Below, one piece after another: positions 53,383-61,829 of a stretch of DNA of 64,000 nt. A model generated the notes under the pieces. It worked only from the letters and a program-made list of their open reading frames with translations, did no database searches and was not told the origin of the DNA. The stretch spans positions 554 through 64,553 of the forward strand of contig DATMER010000055.1 of assembly GCA_035556715.1 (NCBI GenBank). Direction: 5' to 3'. Made by a program: the position numbers and the translations under genes. Source of the stretch: Thermoanaerobaculia bacterium. Lineage in GTDB: Bacteria; Acidobacteriota; Thermoanaerobaculia; Multivoradales; UBA5704. Numbering within the stretch: position 1 is the stretch's first letter; each line of letters starts with the position of its first letter.

Positions 53383-54652
53383 GCTTTACCGTGCCCCTGC
53401 TCGTGGAGATCGAGGGCAACGAGCTCCTCGCGGGGAAGCAGGGAGACGTCCAGCGGATTGAGATCTATGCCTATGCCATGGGCTCCGACGGCTCGGTACA
53501 CGACTTCCTGGCGCAGGGGCTGAGCCTCGATCTCTCGCAGGTCGGCGAAGCGGTGCTGGACGGCGCGTCAAGTTCGCAGGCACGGTCTCCATGCCGGCCG
53601 GGCTAGGCTCGGTGCGGGTTCTGGTGGTCGATCCCGACACGCTGCGCTACAGCCTGCGGGTCCTCCCCCTGGCCGTGCCGGCCGCGGACACCAGGCCGGT
53701 CCTCTTCCACCCGCTCTTCAGCGATCCGCGGGGGCGATGGGTCCTGGCGCGTCCGCCGGAGCACGAGCAGTTGGACCGGTCCCTGGCCCCGCTGCTCGTG
53801 GATGAGGGCTGGGGCCTCCCCGCTTCCCTGCCGCTCCTCGCGGGCGGACGGACGCGCAGAGTCGCTCTCCTGGGCCGTGGCCTCCCTACGGAGCCGGCCG
53901 TCACGCTGGAGATCCGGACCGAGGCCGGCAAGAAGGTCCAGGAGGTCGCCGGCCGCGTGGCCGAGCGCAACCGCATCGTGGGGCTCGCGCCCGAGCGGCT
54001 CGTCTGTGACTTCGACCTGCCGAAGCTCGAGACCGGACGGTACCGCGCCGTCCTGACCGTGGCCGGCGCCGGAGGCCGGATGGAGACGCCCGAGCTGACT
54101 GTCCTCTACCTGGGCGAGGGCTCCGGGACCGAGGAGCTGATCTGGGCGCAGCTCCGGCGGCTCGGCGGCGAGAGCGCGCCGGCCCCGCAGGCTGTCGCGG
54201 AAGCTCCGAAGGGCCGCCGGCGCAACGCGGAGCTGGAGCGGAAAGTCGGCGGAGGCGCGGGAGCTCCTGCGGCGGCTGACCATCGAGCCCGTGCCCGAGT
54301 GGGTGCGGACCGTGGCCTGGCAGGAGCTGGTGCACCTTCATCTCCGGGCGGACCGCCAGACCGACGCCGTCGCCCTGCTGCGGCAGGCCGTGTCCCAGCT
54401 CCCGGGCCAGACGCAGCTCGCGGTGCAGCTCGCCTACCTGCTCGAGCGCCAGGGATCGGCCGCCGACGCGCAAAAGGTGCTCGCAGGGATCAGGACTGCG
54501 GAGACCTCCGGCGGCTCTCCGCGCCATCGCTACGGCCAGTGGCCGGCCGCGGCTTTGGACGACGTCCGCCGCTCGTTGACCCAGCAGTCGCTCCTCCGCC
54601 TCGCCGCCCTCGCCCGGGCCCTGGAAAGCACGCCGGCCCGGGGAGGGCGCGG

Positions 54653-55054
54653 ATGAAGGCGCTGCTGCCTTTCCTCCTCCTGCCCCTTCTCCAGGACCCG
54701 TTCCCGCCTCTCCCTCCCCCCCCGCCGGACACCGAGATCCGGGTCGACGAGGTGATCGACGTGGAGCTGCAGCAGCTCTACGTCACCGTGACCCGTCCGA
54801 TCGGCGGCGCTGCCCTCGGCCTGACCGCGGCGGACTTCGAGATCCTCGACGACGGCGAGCCCCAGGCGGTCTCCACCTTCTCCCGGGGGGACCTCGCGCT
54901 CTCGCTCCAGAAGATCCTCCGCGAGCTGCGCGAGCAATACGTGCTCGGCTTCCAGCCGGCGAAGGACCGCGACGACGGCGCCTGGCACAAGCTGGAGGTC
55001 CGGGTCCGCGGCGGCTACAGAGCGCGGACCCGGGAGGGGTACTTCGATAGGTAG
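54653..55054 (+). CDS. Short Acidobacterial-vWA-family paralogue lacking the vWA core
   Basis: ATGA overlap with the preceding reading frame. The 133-aa protein has a signal-like N-terminus. The family N-domain (VELQQLYVTVTRPIGGAALGLTAADFEILDDGEPQAVSTF) is joined directly to the family C-terminal motif (EQYVLGFQPAKDRDDGAWHKLEVRVRGGYRARTREGYF). Confidence 0.65.
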   Translation: MKALLPFLLLPLLQDPFPPLPPPPPDTEIRVDEVIDVELQQLYVTVTRPIGGAALGLTAADFEILDDGEPQAVSTFSRGDLALSLQKILRELREQYVLGFQPAKDRDDGAWHKLEVRVRGGYRARTREGYFDR

Positions 55055-55062
55055 GAAGGGAC

Positions 55063-55902
55063 CTACCCCTTCCACTCCGCCTTGATCTTCGCCAATCCAT
55101 CGATGTAGGCCTGCGGGGCCTTGCCCTTGGCGAGGGCCATGGCTTTGTCCAGGTGCTGCACGGCCTCGTCCACCTTGCCCTGGCGCTGGAGGAGCTTCGC
55201 CTTGTACTCGTGCCCCCAGAAGTTCTCCTGCAGGGCGAGGGCCTTGTCCGTCCAGCCCATGGCCTCGTCGAGACGGGCACCCTTCTCCAGGGCGTAGTGG
55301 ACGGCGGTCAGGTAGATCTCGGCGTCAGGCTTGCCGGCCAGCGACTTGTCGATCTCCGACCAGACCATCCGGTCCACGTCCGCCTTGACGGTGAAGGGGA
55401 CGCGCAGGGTTTCCCAGGCCATCTCGATCACGGCGGAGTCGGGCGGGGTGGGAGTCATGGTGAAGGCCATCCACTCGGTGGCCGGAGCGGTCTGCGGCTT
55501 CACGTCGAAGCGGAGAATGTCCTCCTCCGGCTTGTAGAAGTAGGCGCCCCACTGCTCGGGCTGCTTGTTGAGGATCAGGGTCCACTTGTCCTTGGCAGGG
55601 ATGGCGAACAGCCCGTAGGTGCCGGCCGGCACGTCGTGCCCTTCGACCTTCACGGGAGTCGAGAAAGAGATGGTGGTGGCCTCGTTGGCGCCGAGGCGCC
55701 AGACCTCGCCCCAGGGCACGAGCCCGCCCCAGATGGCCCGGCCCTTGACGCCGGGACGGTGATAGACGATCTCCACGTCCGTGACGCCGACCGTCAGGGC
55801 GGCCTTGGCGGCGGGGCTCGCCTGCGGCAGCCGGGGTGCCTGCGCCTGGGCGGACGTGGACAGAAAAAGGGCGGTGAGCAGGAGCGCGGCAGACGTTCGC
55901 AT
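55063..55902 (-). CDS. Secreted DUF2911 domain protein with C-terminal TPR-like region
   Basis: Signal peptide MRTSAALLLTALFLSTSAQA. DUF2911 pattern VEIVYHRPGVKGRAIWGGLVPWGEVWRLGANEATTISF...GTYGLFAIP...WTLILNK. Confidence 0.88.
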   Translation of the reverse strand: MRTSAALLLTALFLSTSAQAQAPRLPQASPAAKAALTVGVTDVEIVYHRPGVKGRAIWGGLVPWGEVWRLGANEATTISFSTPVKVEGHDVPAGTYGLFAIPAKDKWTLILNKQPEQWGAYFYKPEEDILRFDVKPQTAPATEWMAFTMTPTPPDSAVIEMAWETLRVPFTVKADVDRMVWSEIDKSLAGKPDAEIYLTAVHYALEKGARLDEAMGWTDKALALQENFWGHEYKAKLLQRQGKVDEAVQHLDKAMALAKGKAPQAYIDGLAKIKAEWKG

Positions 55903-56013
55903 TCAGGAGACCTCCATGAGTTCAGGAGGGCGATGATAGCGCCTGCGCGGGCTACGGAGAGAGAAACGGAGCCGGGGAGGTCCCGGCTCCGCCTCCTCAG
56001 GTCCTGCTCCGCT

Positions 56014-56406
56014 TCAGCCGCCGGGGTTCGCCTCTGCGCCCCAGGTGCCCGACTGGCCCGTGGGCTCAGGCCTGCTGCGGAGGGCAGCAGCAGCCTTGGC
56101 CGGCGAACGGAGCTCGAGGCCGCCCTTGAGCTGATCGTTGCCGTTGGCCTCCACCGTGAGCAGGTATTCCCGGCCGGAGAGCCGGATGGGCAGCTCCAGG
56201 CGATTGTTCTGAAACCAGAAGCCATCGAGGACCCGGATAGCCTTGGACTGGTCCACCAGGGCCAAGCGGTAGACTTGGCAGAGAGCGCCGTCCTGCAACC
56301 CGATCATGATCGTGCTGCCTTTCGCGGGAAGGATCTTGGCCGCCAGACCATCGACCCTGGTGATCTTCCAACCCTCCGGCCTGAGGAAGTGGGTGATTCC
56401 AGCCAT
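56014..56406 (-). CDS. Hypothetical protein
   Basis: AAGGAG lies 6 nt upstream of the ATG at 56406 (MAGITHF...). The 130-aa sequence has protein-like composition but no motif I recognise. Confidence 0.5.
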   Translation of the reverse strand: MAGITHFLRPEGWKITRVDGLAAKILPAKGSTIMIGLQDGALCQVYRLALVDQSKAIRVLDGFWFQNNRLELPIRLSGREYLLTVEANGNDQLKGGLELRSPAKAAAALRSRPEPTGQSGTWGAEANPGG

Positions 56407-56512
56407 TTCCATCTCCTTTCCAATAGATTCGAATAGACCCCCTCTCACCCCTCGTCTGTATTGTCGCTAAAGGCCCAATCATTTCACATGAAGAAATAAG
56501 AGAGCACCTTGC

Positions 56513-59500
56513 TCAACGCCAGTCGCCCTGCAGTACGAAAGGAGCCCAATAGAAAGGGTCCTGCCAACGCGGATCGCTGCGGATGGCGAGTTGGGCAGAT
56601 CTCAGGGCCGCAGCCGGAGGGAGCCCCTCTTGGAGCATGGAGCGGTAGAAACGAGTCATGAGCTCGGCGGTGGCGCGGTCCTCCACGAGCCAGAGGCTGG
56701 CCATCACCCTTTCAGACCCCGCATAGAGGAAACCCTGGGTCAGGCCCATCAACCCCTCTCCCCGGATCTCTCGACCGAGCGCGGTTTCGCACCCGGAGAG
56801 GACCACCAGGTCCGCCCCAAGCTCCAGGTTGTAGATGTCGCTCAGGCTGAGGAGCCCCTCCTGGGCCTGTCCCTTCTCATCGACCATGGACAGGGTAAGG
56901 CCGGACAGACGGGGAGTCTCGGAATCGATCCAGCCATGAGTGGCAAAATGGACAGCCCGGAACCTGGCAAGGATGCCGCTCAGCGCGGTGCCGCGGCTCG
57001 CCTGGAAATCGAGGGCCATGAAGACCTGATCAGGAGGCAGCAACGCCGCGATGGCCTTCGCCTCACGCCCGGACGCCGGCAACCGCTGGATCCGGGGCGT
57101 CTCGACAGGCATGCCGTGCGCGGCGGCCGAAGCCGCGCCACGCAGCCGGTTGTCCCAGGGCACGAACACCGGGTCGGCTAAGACCGCGATCGCCTTTTCT
57201 GCACGCGGCCGGCCGGTAAGCACCCGGCGCTGGATGTCCAGGACCGAGGCCGAAGGCAGCGAAACGATCTCATGGCCGACGACGAGCGGGGTACCCCCGG
57301 TCGGGTCGCCCGGGTCCGGCAGGACGGAGAAAGGGACGTACTGGAGAGCGCCGTCCGCGACGATCACCAGACGCTGGCCAGGCAGACGGTCCGCCACTGG
57401 GCCGAGCAGGATTCGGCTCAGCGTGCGGTGAACCTCGGACTCGGTGTCCTCGGTCTTTCGGACCTCCTCGTAGGACCGGCGCGCCGCAGACTCGATCTCG
57501 GTCCGGCCTGGTAGCTCGAAACCATCCACCCGCTCGGAGGTCACCGCCCAGAGGAAGCTCTTCTCCTCTCCCAGGGTGTATTCGAGGAGCAGGGTGTCGG
57601 TATCGAGGAGCTTGCGGATGCCGGCTGCATCCAGGGGCTGGATGAGGCCGGCATAGCGCGGGCTGCGCCGGCGGATCTCTTCTTCCAGGCGGTCCGCTTC
57701 AGCGAGCAGCTCAACCAGCTCGCGCTGGAGGCTCGTCCTCTGCTCGTCCGTGGCCGCGCCGCGCCGCATCCGTGCGTTGACGCTGAAGCGCAAGGCGAGG
57801 GATTCCTTCCGCTCCCGAAGATTCGGATCCAACCCCCGCCGGTTCTCCCTTCCAGCCTCGTGCAGCAGGTCGAGGAGGGAACGGGCTCGGGCTCGCTCGC
57901 TCAGGGCAAGGGCCAGTTCGACATGACCCTTGCCGGGTTGCTTGCGGTCCAGATCCATCCGCAGGCCGACGGCCAGTTCGAAGGCGAGCCTCTGGGAGGC
58001 GAGAAACGAGGCGCGCAGGCTCGGATCGCCTACCGTGGCGCGGACCGATTCAACGAATTCGATGGCTTTCTCGGCATGAGCCAAGGCGTCGTCGAGACGG
58101 CCCATACCGCGCTCCACTGCCGCCAGAGAGGCGAGGCTCCCCGCCTGGCCGGACCGGTCCTCCAGCACCCGGTAAAGGTCCGTGGCCTCGTGTATTGTGA
58201 CTACGGCTTTTTCGCTTTGGCCGAGGCGGGCCTCGGCCTCGCCGGTCCGCTGCCGGGCCAGGGCGACCCCGGAGAGGTTGCCGAGCCCGCGCTGAAGGAT
58301 GGCGGCCCGGGCAAAGAGCTCCAGCGCCTTGGCAGGATCACCGGCCTTGAGGTGCCCCTGGGCCAGGAGGTTGAGGGCCGATGCTTCCCCGGCCCGATAC
58401 CCAACCGCCTGCGCGATCGTCAGGGCCTCCTCATAGGATCTCAGCGCGCTCGAGATCTCCTCGAGCTGTTCCTGAGCCAAACCCAGACTGCACAAGGTAT
58501 TGACCTCGCCTCTCCGGTCCTGGAGCCCACGCCGCATGGGCAGGGCCTTTTCGAAGTAGCCTCGGGCCCGTTGGGTCTCACCCAGGCTCAGGTAGGCATT
58601 GCCGAGGTTGGCAAGGGCCCTCCCCTGCCATTCGCGGTCTCCAAGCTTCTCGAAGACCTCGAGAGCCTGACCGTAGAAGGCCAGGGCCTCACCCATCGAC
58701 CCCTGGTCAGCGGCAAGCACGGCAAGGTTATTGAGGATCTTGGCCTCGGCAGCCTGGTTCTTCAGAGAGCGCTTCTTCTCCAAGGCGTGGTTGTAGTGCT
58801 CCCGGGCCTTCCGTGGCTCTCCGAGGTTGCTGTGCGCCCCGCCGAGCCCGTTGAGCGCGTCAGCGATCGCGTCCGGCTCCCGCACCTCTTCCAGCAGACG
58901 CAGGGCGCTCTCGAAGCAGGGGATCGCTTCCCGGTACTCTCCGAGGTAGAGCCGGATCGTGCAGAGGTTCTGGGATGTGATCGCTTCGCCGTAGCGGTTG
59001 TCGAGGGCACGCCGGATCTCCAGGGAACGGTTGAAGGACGTGATCGCTTCCTGGTAGCGGCTGAGACGGCTCTGGGCAAGCCCCATGTAGGTCAGGATAT
59101 CGGCCTCCCTGGCGCTGTCTTGAAGGGAGGAGTAGAGCGCGAGCGCCTCTTGCAGCCGGTCCAGCGCGGCCTGCGATTCACTCAGGGACATGTGGACGAT
59201 GGCCAAGCGGATGAGCGTTCGTGCTTCTTCCGGCTTCCGTTCCAGCTTCCTCCAATGGGAGCGCGCCTTGCCATACGCCGCCAAGGCCTGTCGCTGTGCC
59301 TCCTCGTTCTCCTGGGAGAAGAGCAGCCCTGCCCCGGTCATGAGCCGCTCGGCCTCGATCCTGGTTTGATCCTCAGAGGTCGCGGATAGCAACTCGTCGA
59401 TCCGAACCCGGAAACGACCCGCCGGGACTTCGGCCACGGGCGAACGCACCTCCAGCCGGTACGCTCCCTCCGCGCCTTCGACCAGCAGAGTTTCGACTCC

Positions 59501-59770
59501 GTCACGCTCCAGGGCCGTGTTCATCATTCCGAGCGGCTTCCCGGACGCGTCTTGCCAGCTCAGGATCACGTTGATCCCGTGCTGCTCCACCGTGACCAGC
59601 AGAGGCTTCCCCGTCTGCACCTCCAGCCGGAAGCTGTGCATATCCCCTCCGGCCAGCTCCCGCTCCACCGTCTCGCCGGGAGCGAGGACAGGCAGCTCGG
59701 GAACCGGCAACAGCCATGGCAGCACCAGCATCACGGCTGGCGCCAGGGCTCGGAAAGGTGCGGACGGCAT
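56513..59770 (-). CDS. TPR-repeat CHAT-domain protein (caspase-like peptidase)
   Basis: About 1085 aa. An N-terminal signal/TM and a beta-rich pre-domain are followed by about 12 or more TPR units (...AL.YY..AL.I....GD...EA..L.NLG...). The C-terminal CHAT domain has VHFATHGW and DLVVLSGCETALG. ATG 59770 is preferred over 59812. Confidence 0.92.
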   Translation of the reverse strand: MPSAPFRALAPAVMLVLPWLLPVPELPVLAPGETVERELAGGDMHSFRLEVQTGKPLLVTVEQHGINVILSWQDASGKPLGMMNTALERDGVETLLVEGAEGAYRLEVRSPVAEVPAGRFRVRIDELLSATSEDQTRIEAERLMTGAGLLFSQENEEAQRQALAAYGKARSHWRKLERKPEEARTLIRLAIVHMSLSESQAALDRLQEALALYSSLQDSAREADILTYMGLAQSRLSRYQEAITSFNRSLEIRRALDNRYGEAITSQNLCTIRLYLGEYREAIPCFESALRLLEEVREPDAIADALNGLGGAHSNLGEPRKAREHYNHALEKKRSLKNQAAEAKILNNLAVLAADQGSMGEALAFYGQALEVFEKLGDREWQGRALANLGNAYLSLGETQRARGYFEKALPMRRGLQDRRGEVNTLCSLGLAQEQLEEISSALRSYEEALTIAQAVGYRAGEASALNLLAQGHLKAGDPAKALELFARAAILQRGLGNLSGVALARQRTGEAEARLGQSEKAVVTIHEATDLYRVLEDRSGQAGSLASLAAVERGMGRLDDALAHAEKAIEFVESVRATVGDPSLRASFLASQRLAFELAVGLRMDLDRKQPGKGHVELALALSERARARSLLDLLHEAGRENRRGLDPNLRERKESLALRFSVNARMRRGAATDEQRTSLQRELVELLAEADRLEEEIRRRSPRYAGLIQPLDAAGIRKLLDTDTLLLEYTLGEEKSFLWAVTSERVDGFELPGRTEIESAARRSYEEVRKTEDTESEVHRTLSRILLGPVADRLPGQRLVIVADGALQYVPFSVLPDPGDPTGGTPLVVGHEIVSLPSASVLDIQRRVLTGRPRAEKAIAVLADPVFVPWDNRLRGAASAAAHGMPVETPRIQRLPASGREAKAIAALLPPDQVFMALDFQASRGTALSGILARFRAVHFATHGWIDSETPRLSGLTLSMVDEKGQAQEGLLSLSDIYNLELGADLVVLSGCETALGREIRGEGLMGLTQGFLYAGSERVMASLWLVEDRATAELMTRFYRSMLQEGLPPAAALRSAQLAIRSDPRWQDPFYWAPFVLQGDWR

Positions 59771-59856
59771 GGCGGGCTCCCCTTCTGCTGAAGCGCTCGA
59801 TAGCCTTTCCATTTTGTCACGCTTAGAATCCAGGCGTCCCGCAAAGGAGAAGACCC

Positions 59857-61662
59857 ATGATCCGGCTCCGCGCCATCGTCCTGTCTACAGCCTTCGCCCT
59901 CACCGCCGCCCATGCCCAGGCGGCCGGCGAGACCTTCGCCGTCACCAACGCCCGCATCTTCGACGGCGAGCGTCTCATCCCCCGGGGGACCGTCGTGGTC
60001 CGGGACGGCCGGATCGAGGCCGTGGGGGCGGACGTGAAGGTCCCCGAAGGAGCGACGCAGATCGACGCGGGCGGCGGCACCCTGCTCCCCGGGTTCATCG
60101 ACGCGCACACCCACGCCTTCCTCGGCGGGCTGGAGCGGGCTCTCGCCTTCGGCGTCACCACCGAGCTCGATATGGGGAACGATCCGGCGACCGTGCGCCC
60201 CTTCCGGGAAGAGCAGGCCCGGCCCGGCGGCGCTCCCGGACGGGCCGACCTCTTCAGCGCCGGCAGTCTCGCCACCGCGCCGGGAGGCCATGGCACCCAG
60301 TTCGGACTGCCGGTCCCGACCCTGACCAAGCCGGAGGAGGCCCGGGCCTGGGTGGACGCCCGCGTCGCCGAAGGCTCGGACTACATCAAGATCGTGGTCG
60401 AGGACTTCTCCGCCTACGGCGGCTCCAGGCCGACCCTCGACATGAAGACCGTGGCCGCCCTCGTCGAGGCGGCTCATGCGAAAGGCAAGCTGGCGGTGGT
60501 CCACGTCAGCACCGCCGCCTCCGCCCGCCAGGTCGTGGAAGCCGGGGCCGACGCCCTCATCCACCTCTTCACCGACCGCGAGGCCGATCCGGACTTCGCC
60601 AAGCTCGCCGCCGAGCGCAAGGTCTTCGTCATCCCCACGCTCACCGTCCTCGAAAGCACCAACGGCATCCCGAGCGGCAAATCCCTGACGGAGGACGCTC
60701 GGGTCCGCGCGTTCCTGAGGCCGGACGAGGTCGAGAACCTCGGCAAGACGTTCCCGGCCACGACCGCGGGCGGCATGCCCGCGGCCTTCAAGACGGTGAG
60801 CCAGCTCGCCGCCGCCGGGGTGCCGATCCTGGCCGGCAGCGACGCGCCCAACCCGGGCACCGCCCACGGCGCGAGCATCCACCGGGAGCTGGAGCTCCTG
60901 GTCCAGGCGGGGCTCACCCCTCAGCAGGCGCTGATCGCCGCGACCTCCGCCCCGGCCCGCGCTTTCAAGCTGGCCGACCGGGGACGGATCGCCCCCGGAA
61001 TGCGGGCCGACATGATCCTGGTGGCCGGCGATCCGCTCAAGGACATCACGGACACGCGGAACCTCGCGCGGATCTGGAAGGGGGGAGTCCCGTTCGAGCG
61101 GCCCGTCCCCTCCCAGGCTCCGGCGGAGGCAGCCGCACCGGCACCAGCCGCTGCGCTGCCCGCGGACGGCCTGGTGAGCAGCTTCGAGGACGGCAAGCTC
61201 TCCGCCTCCTTCGGCTCGGGCTGGTCGGAGTCCACGGACAAGATCATGGGGGGAGTCTCGGAGGTGAAGGCGGAGGTGGTGAGCGGCGGAGCGCAGGGCA
61301 GCAAGCACGCGTTGAAGATCTCGGGCGAGGTCAAGCCCGGCTTCGCCTTCCCCTGGGCCGGCGCGATCTTCATGCCCGGCGCGCAGCCCATGGGTCCGGT
61401 GAACCTTGCGGACGTTCAGGCGCTGGAGTTCTGGATGCAGGGAGACGGCGCCGTCACCGTGATGCTCTTCGCCACCAGCCTCGGACGCAACCCTTCGATG
61501 AAGACGTTCGAGGCCGGCCCCGAGTGGAAGACGTACACGTTCCCGATCTCCGACTTCCCCGGAGTCGACCCGAGCGGGCTCATGGGCATCTTCTTCGGAG
61601 TCAGTCCGGCCCCGCGGAAGTTCGAGATCCGGGTGGACGACGTGCGGCTGGTCAGGAAGTAG
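59857..61662 (+). CDS. Secreted amidohydrolase with C-terminal CIA30-like carbohydrate-binding domain
   Basis: Signal peptide MIRLRAIVLSTAFALTAAHAQA. Amidohydrolase metal motif LLPGFIDAHTHAF, then LAGSDAPNPG. The C-terminal region (SFEDGKLSASFGSGWSESTDKIMGGVS...ISGEVKPGFAFPWAG) is CIA30-like. Confidence 0.88.
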   Translation: MIRLRAIVLSTAFALTAAHAQAAGETFAVTNARIFDGERLIPRGTVVVRDGRIEAVGADVKVPEGATQIDAGGGTLLPGFIDAHTHAFLGGLERALAFGVTTELDMGNDPATVRPFREEQARPGGAPGRADLFSAGSLATAPGGHGTQFGLPVPTLTKPEEARAWVDARVAEGSDYIKIVVEDFSAYGGSRPTLDMKTVAALVEAAHAKGKLAVVHVSTAASARQVVEAGADALIHLFTDREADPDFAKLAAERKVFVIPTLTVLESTNGIPSGKSLTEDARVRAFLRPDEVENLGKTFPATTAGGMPAAFKTVSQLAAAGVPILAGSDAPNPGTAHGASIHRELELLVQAGLTPQQALIAATSAPARAFKLADRGRIAPGMRADMILVAGDPLKDITDTRNLARIWKGGVPFERPVPSQAPAEAAAPAPAAALPADGLVSSFEDGKLSASFGSGWSESTDKIMGGVSEVKAEVVSGGAQGSKHALKISGEVKPGFAFPWAGAIFMPGAQPMGPVNLADVQALEFWMQGDGAVTVMLFATSLGRNPSMKTFEAGPEWKTYTFPISDFPGVDPSGLMGIFFGVSPAPRKFEIRVDDVRLVRK

Positions 61663-61665
61663 AGG

Positions 61666-61828
61666 ACCTCACCCCCTGTCCCCCTCTCCCATCGCACACC
61701 CATCCCCCGGGAGAGGGGGAATACCGCCGCAGCCGAGGCGGCTTGATCGAAGGCAAAGACGGTTCGGAAACGTCCCCCTCTCCCGGTCGGGCGGGTGTGC
61801 GATGGGAGAGGGGGACAGGGGGTGAGGT
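61666..61828. repeat. 163-bp palindromic element: perfect 36-bp inverted arms separated by a 91-bp structured core
   Basis: The arm at 61666-61701 (ACCTCACCCCCTGTCCCCCTCTCCCATCGCACACCC) is the exact reverse complement of 61793-61828, checked base by base. The core holds further hairpins (TCCCCC-N6-GGGGGA at 61703-61720, and CCGCC...GGCGG). The element fills the whole gap between two convergent stop codons. Confidence 0.9.
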
Positions 61829-61829
61829 T

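Larger units (their letters stand above)
51824..54656 (+). pseudogene. Acidobacterial-type vWA-domain protein, disrupted by a TIR element and two apparent frameshifts
   Basis: The N-terminal domain FADELDVEVVSVDVVATAEDGTPVADLTAEDFEVL is followed by a vWA-like core (HLILLFDDAQI...AVLLLGPGYD). The frame is broken at 52742 by a 641-bp element, and excision restores ...GRFT|VPLLVEIEG.... Two 1-nt frame changes are then needed. One is near 53560 (GEAVLDG / VKFAGTVSMPAGLGSVRVLVVD). The other is near 54240 (NAELERK / SAEARELLRRLTIEPVPEW). The gene ends at TGA 54654-54656. Confidence 0.75.

Noticed and set aside
53591-55054. A single 487-aa ORF as listed in the track
   Set aside because: The middle third (about 54245-54650) translates to R/P/G/A-rich junk, while another frame gives protein-like sequence ending at 54656. 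The last 133 codons form a separate ATGA-coupled gene with its own signal-like N-terminus. I read this as pseudogene pieces plus a small downstream CDS.
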